A stretch of DNA of 1,243 bases from Naegleria gruberi. Its lineage: Eukaryota. Below are positions 1 through 1,243 of this stretch, piece by piece. The notes beneath the pieces are model-generated. The model had not been told where the DNA came from, made no database searches, and worked only from the letters and a program-made list of their open reading frames with translations. The number at the start of each line of letters is the position of its first letter. Within the stretch, counting starts at the first letter, position 1. Both the position numbers and the translations under genes were made by a program. Location: the NCBI GenBank assembly GCA_000004985.1, contig GG739482.1, one strand, 5' to 3'.

Positions 1-288
1 AGTATTATTATAAGTATTATTATTAGATAATGATGAAAATAATGATAAATTATTAATAGATAAAGGTGTTGATGGAGTAGATAAAGAAGAGGATGTTGTT
101 GATAAAGTAGGTGATGATAATAATTCATCCATATTTGATATTGTTATATTACTAGTATTATTATCTTCATTATGTTGTTGATGATGATGAGAATGTTGAT
201 GATTATTAATAGATAGATTATTGTTTTGATCAGTGGTGAAAGTTGTTGTACTTATTGTATCCGATAGAGAAGATGATTGTTTTTTCAT
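1..288 (-). CDS. N-terminal 96 codons of a second gene (3' end beyond the window start). Low-complexity Ser/Thr/Asn-rich protein with a His/Gln tract: MKKQSSSLSDTISTTTFTTDQNNNLSINNHQHSHHHQQHNEDNNTSNITISNMDELLSSPTLSTTSSSLSTPSTPLSINNLSLFSSLSNNNTYNNT...
   Basis: ATG at 288..286 on the minus strand is preceded by AAAAAA, the A-rich start context typical of Dictyostelium. An in-frame upstream stop (TAA, minus strand) at 324..322 makes this the first ATG. None of the 96 plus-strand frame-1 triplets from 288 down to 1 is TTA, CTA or TCA, so there is no minus-strand stop. That is very unlikely by chance in DNA this AT-rich. Codon choice (TCA/TCT Ser, AAT Asn, CAA Gln, CAT His, TTA Leu, ACA/ACT Thr, CCA/CCT Pro) matches Dictyostelium-type bias. 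The product cannot be named from this low-complexity N-terminus. Confidence 0.6.
   Translation of the reverse strand, partial: MKKQSSSLSDTISTTTFTTDQNNNLSINNHQHSHHHQQHNEDNNTSNITISNMDELLSSPTLSTTSSSLSTPSTPLSINNLSLFSSLSNNNTYNNT
172..201 (-). repeat. CAT/CAA codon tract encoding HQHSHHHQQH within the second gene
   Basis: Plus-strand atgttgttgatgatgatgagaatgttgatg (172..201) is minus-strand CAT CAA CAT TCT CAT CAT CAT CAA CAA CAT. It is a trinucleotide-repeat-like homopolymeric amino-acid tract of the kind common in social-amoeba proteins. Confidence 0.5.
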
Positions 289-363
289 TTTTTTATCAAG
301 TAAGATTGTGTTGTTGATGTGTTAACAATTATTCATCAGAGAGTATTATTTAGGTTGTTGTTG

Positions 364-375
364 ATCACATGTGAT
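364..375. promoter_or_regulatory. Perfect 12-bp palindrome ATCACATGTGAT (E-box-like CACATG core) in the intergenic spacer
   Basis: Read directly: atcaca|tgtgat is its own reverse complement. It lies 76-87 bp upstream of the downstream gene's ATG (288) and about 105 bp 3' of the Rab stop. It is unusual for its G/C content and symmetry in an otherwise AT-rich spacer. It is a candidate dimeric transcription-factor site only. Confidence 0.3.
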
Positions 376-431
376 TTGTGTGAAAATGATAGAGTAGTAA
401 AATGTTTGTTATTTGTTTGTTGGTGTAAATG

Positions 432-437
432 TTTATT
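432..437 (-). promoter_or_regulatory. Candidate polyadenylation signal AATAAA for the Rab gene
   Basis: Plus-strand tttatt at 432..437 reads AATAAA on the minus strand, about 45 nt 3' of the TAA stop at 481. Hexamers like this occur by chance in DNA this AT-rich, so specificity is low. Confidence 0.35.
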
Positions 438-480
438 TAATAAAAATACAATAAATAAAATCTAAAATAATAATCAAAAA

Positions 481-606
481 TTAAAGAATTAAACATCTCT
501 TTGATGGTTTCTTTACAACTTGATCATTGTTATTAATTTTAACAGTTTCTTTTTTAGGTGCTGAAAGTGAATTTTCAAATGAATGTTCAAAAATACCATC
601 TACCAT
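481..606 (-). CDS. rab18: Rab-family small GTPase, terminal exon. Encodes MVDGIFEHSFENSLSAPKKETVKINNNDQVVKKPSKRCLIL*, a hypervariable tail plus a CaaX box (CLIL). Stop TAA at 483..481.
   Basis: The exon is 126 nt, 42 codons including the stop, in phase 0 and contiguous with exon 2. The basic, Lys-rich hypervariable region followed by Cys-aliphatic-aliphatic-Leu is the expected geranylgeranylation signal for a mono-cysteine Rab such as Rab8, Rab13 or Rab18. The acceptor choice is the first AG giving phase 0. The next AG, 7 nt downstream, is out of frame and gives a tail with no Cys. Confidence 0.72.
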   Translation of the reverse strand: MVDGIFEHSFENSLSAPKKETVKINNNDQVVKKPSKRCLIL

Positions 607-712
607 CTATTATTATTATTGATATTATAAAATAATAAAATTAAAAATATTTCAAATTAAAATAAATATTAAATAATAAATATAAAATAAAATAATAAAA
701 TATAACACATAC
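607..712 (-). other. rab18: Intron 2 of the Rab gene (106 bp, phase 0, GT..AG)
   Basis: On the minus strand it starts GTATGTGTTATA immediately after the AFDR codons and ends AATAATAATAATAG. It is AT-rich. The ORF-track tail CVIFYYFILYLLFNIYFNLKYF is this intron read through. Splicing here gives a C-terminal exon that ends in a prenylation motif, whereas read-through gives none. Confidence 0.75.
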
Positions 713-1011
713 TCTATCAAAAGCTACATCAACATTTAAAGAATTCATAGCAGATGTTTGTAAACAAACAGAAATATTATTTCTTTGTGCCCATTCATTT
801 GCTTCATTTTCAGTTACTTGTCTCTGATCTTCCAAGTCAACTTTATTTCCAACTAGAATTAATGAAACATTTGGATCTGCATATTGTTTAACATCATTTA
901 ACCATGTTGATAAATTTTCAAATGATTTTCTTTGTGTTATATCATATACCATTATAACTCCTTGTGCTCCTTTATAATAACTTGTTGTTATTGTTCTAAA
1001 ACGTTCTTGTC
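713..1011 (-). CDS. rab18: Rab-family small GTPase, exon 2. Encodes (G)QERFRTITTSYYKGAQGVIMVYDITQRKSFENLSTWLNDVKQYADPNVSLILVGNKVDLEDQRQVTENEANEWAQRNNISVCLQTSAMNSLNVDVAFDR.
   Basis: The segment is 299 nt: 2 nt completing the split Gly codon plus 99 codons. It contains the G3 continuation QERF, G4 GNKVD (NKxD) and G5 TSAM (ETSAK-like). YYKGAQGVIMVYDIT matches the Rab18-subfamily YYRGAQGVILVYDVT rather than the GAHGII or GAMGIL motifs of Rab1 and Rab8. It overlaps the track ORF 641..952 but ends at the GTATGT donor after the AGA (Arg) codon. Confidence 0.88.
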
Positions 1012-1134
1012 CTATTATTATTTATATTATTATTATTTATATATGTTTAATTATATTATTTATATTATATTTATATTATTTATATATTTATATATATATT
1101 AATTACAAATATATATTTTATAATCTACACATAC
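1012..1134 (-). other. rab18: Intron 1 of the Rab gene (123 bp, phase 1, GT..AG)
   Basis: On the minus strand it starts GTATGTGTAG and ends AATAATAATAG. It is extremely AT-rich and low-complexity. Removing it joins WDTAG to QERFRTITTSYY, restoring the universal Rab WDTAGQERF motif in frame. Confidence 0.85.
1018..1110. repeat. Degenerate AT-only simple repeat (TTATATTATTTATA-like units, TATATA runs) inside intron 1
   Basis: Plus strand 1018..1110 is composed almost entirely of A/T with reiterated tattatttata / tatatttata units. Low-complexity intronic sequence. Confidence 0.5.
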
Positions 1135-1243
1135 CAGCAGTATCCCATATTTGTAATTTAACTTTTTTTCCATTCTTTTCCATATTTTTAATTTTAAAAT
1201 CAACGCCAATTGTACTGACGTGACTAACATTAAATTGATTCTC
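1135..1243 (-). CDS. rab18: Rab-family small GTPase, exon (5'-truncated by window edge). Encodes ...[36 protein letters not shown] plus the first base of the Gly codon (switch I TIGVDF, G3 WDTAGQ split by the intron).
   Basis: The reverse complement of 1135..1243 translates without stops to [36 protein letters not shown](G). These are the canonical Rab switch I and G3 motifs. The exon ends GCTG|GTATGT, a GT donor. The symbol is tentative: the Rab18-like assignment rests on the GAQGVI motif in exon 2 and the C-terminal CaaX. The frame is open to the window edge, so the N-terminal P-loop lies beyond 1243. Confidence 0.85.

Noticed and set aside
31-57. Plus-strand ATG-initiated ORFs in 1..480 (e.g. 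atgatgaaaataatgataaattattaa at 31..57)
   Set aside because: All plus-strand frames here are broken by TAA/TGA within a few codons. The GAT/GTT/AAT-rich look is the reverse complement of the minus-strand Ser/Asn/Gln/His codons.
322-327. GTTAAC (HpaI-type) palindrome in the spacer
   Set aside because: A 6-bp palindrome is expected by chance many times in AT-rich DNA, and it has no flanking symmetry. The 12-bp palindrome at 364..375 is far less likely by chance. The TAA within it does, however, serve as the in-frame upstream stop that defines ATG 288 as the first start of the second gene.
441-470. Plus-strand AATAAATAAAA as a poly(A) signal for a plus-strand gene
   Set aside because: No plus-strand coding sequence lies upstream of it in the window. 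AATAAA-like strings are ubiquitous in DNA this AT-rich. The minus-strand AATAAA at 437..432 is the one correctly placed relative to a stop codon.
594-606. Alternative intron 2 acceptor at the second AG (gtag, 7 nt further into the exon)
   Set aside because: It would shift the frame by one relative to the phase-0 donor and give a tail MVFLNIHLKIHFQHLKKKLLKLITMIKL* with no C-terminal cysteine. A Rab needs a prenylatable Cys, and the first AG gives the in-frame CaaX tail.
641-952. The provided 103-aa ORF as a stand-alone protein-coding gene
   Set aside because: Its N-terminal Met is an internal Rab residue (GVIMVYDIT), so the frame is open upstream of it back to the acceptor at 1011. Its last 22 residues (CVIFYYFILYLLFNIYFNLKYF) are translated intron, following a GTATGTGT donor. 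The real gene is the spliced 3-exon model.
1-1243. A prokaryotic defence system, operon, CRISPR array or mobile element, as hinted by the prompt
   Set aside because: The sequence has spliceosomal introns with GT..AG boundaries, an AATAAA signal, a Rab GTPase (a eukaryote-specific family) and extreme A+T content with amoeba-type codon bias. There are no direct repeat-spacer arrays, no inverted terminal repeats, no transposase or integrase ORFs and no Shine-Dalgarno-spaced gene clusters.

Overview
This window is eukaryotic, not prokaryotic. It is very A+T-rich, with short AT-rich introns that begin GTATGTGT and end AATAATAG, and codon usage of TCA/AAT/CAA/TTA. That pattern fits Dictyostelium-type (social amoeba) nuclear DNA. 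Two genes lie in tandem on the minus strand. (1) A three-exon Rab-family small GTPase gene, closest by motifs to Rab18. Its 5' end runs off the right edge of the window, so the P-loop/G1 region is not in view. Exons are 1135..1243, 713..1011 and 481..606, with stop TAA at 481..483. Introns are 1012..1134 and 607..712. The spliced product ends in a single-cysteine CaaX box, CLIL. The ORF track's 103-aa ORF (641..952) is exon 2 read through into intron 2, not a real stand-alone protein. (2) After a 192-bp AT-rich spacer, a second minus-strand ORF starts at ATG 288..286 and stays open for 96 codons to the left edge of the window. It encodes a low-complexity Ser/Thr/Asn-rich N-terminus with a His/Gln tract. 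The ORF track omitted it, presumably because it is truncated by the window edge and under 100 aa. The spacer contains a minus-strand AATAAA (437..432) 3' of the Rab stop and a perfect 12-bp palindrome ATCACATGTGAT (364..375) upstream of the second gene. I see no CRISPR array, RNA gene, mobile element or prokaryotic operon-like system. The prompt's suggested 'undescribed system' is not supported by this sequence.
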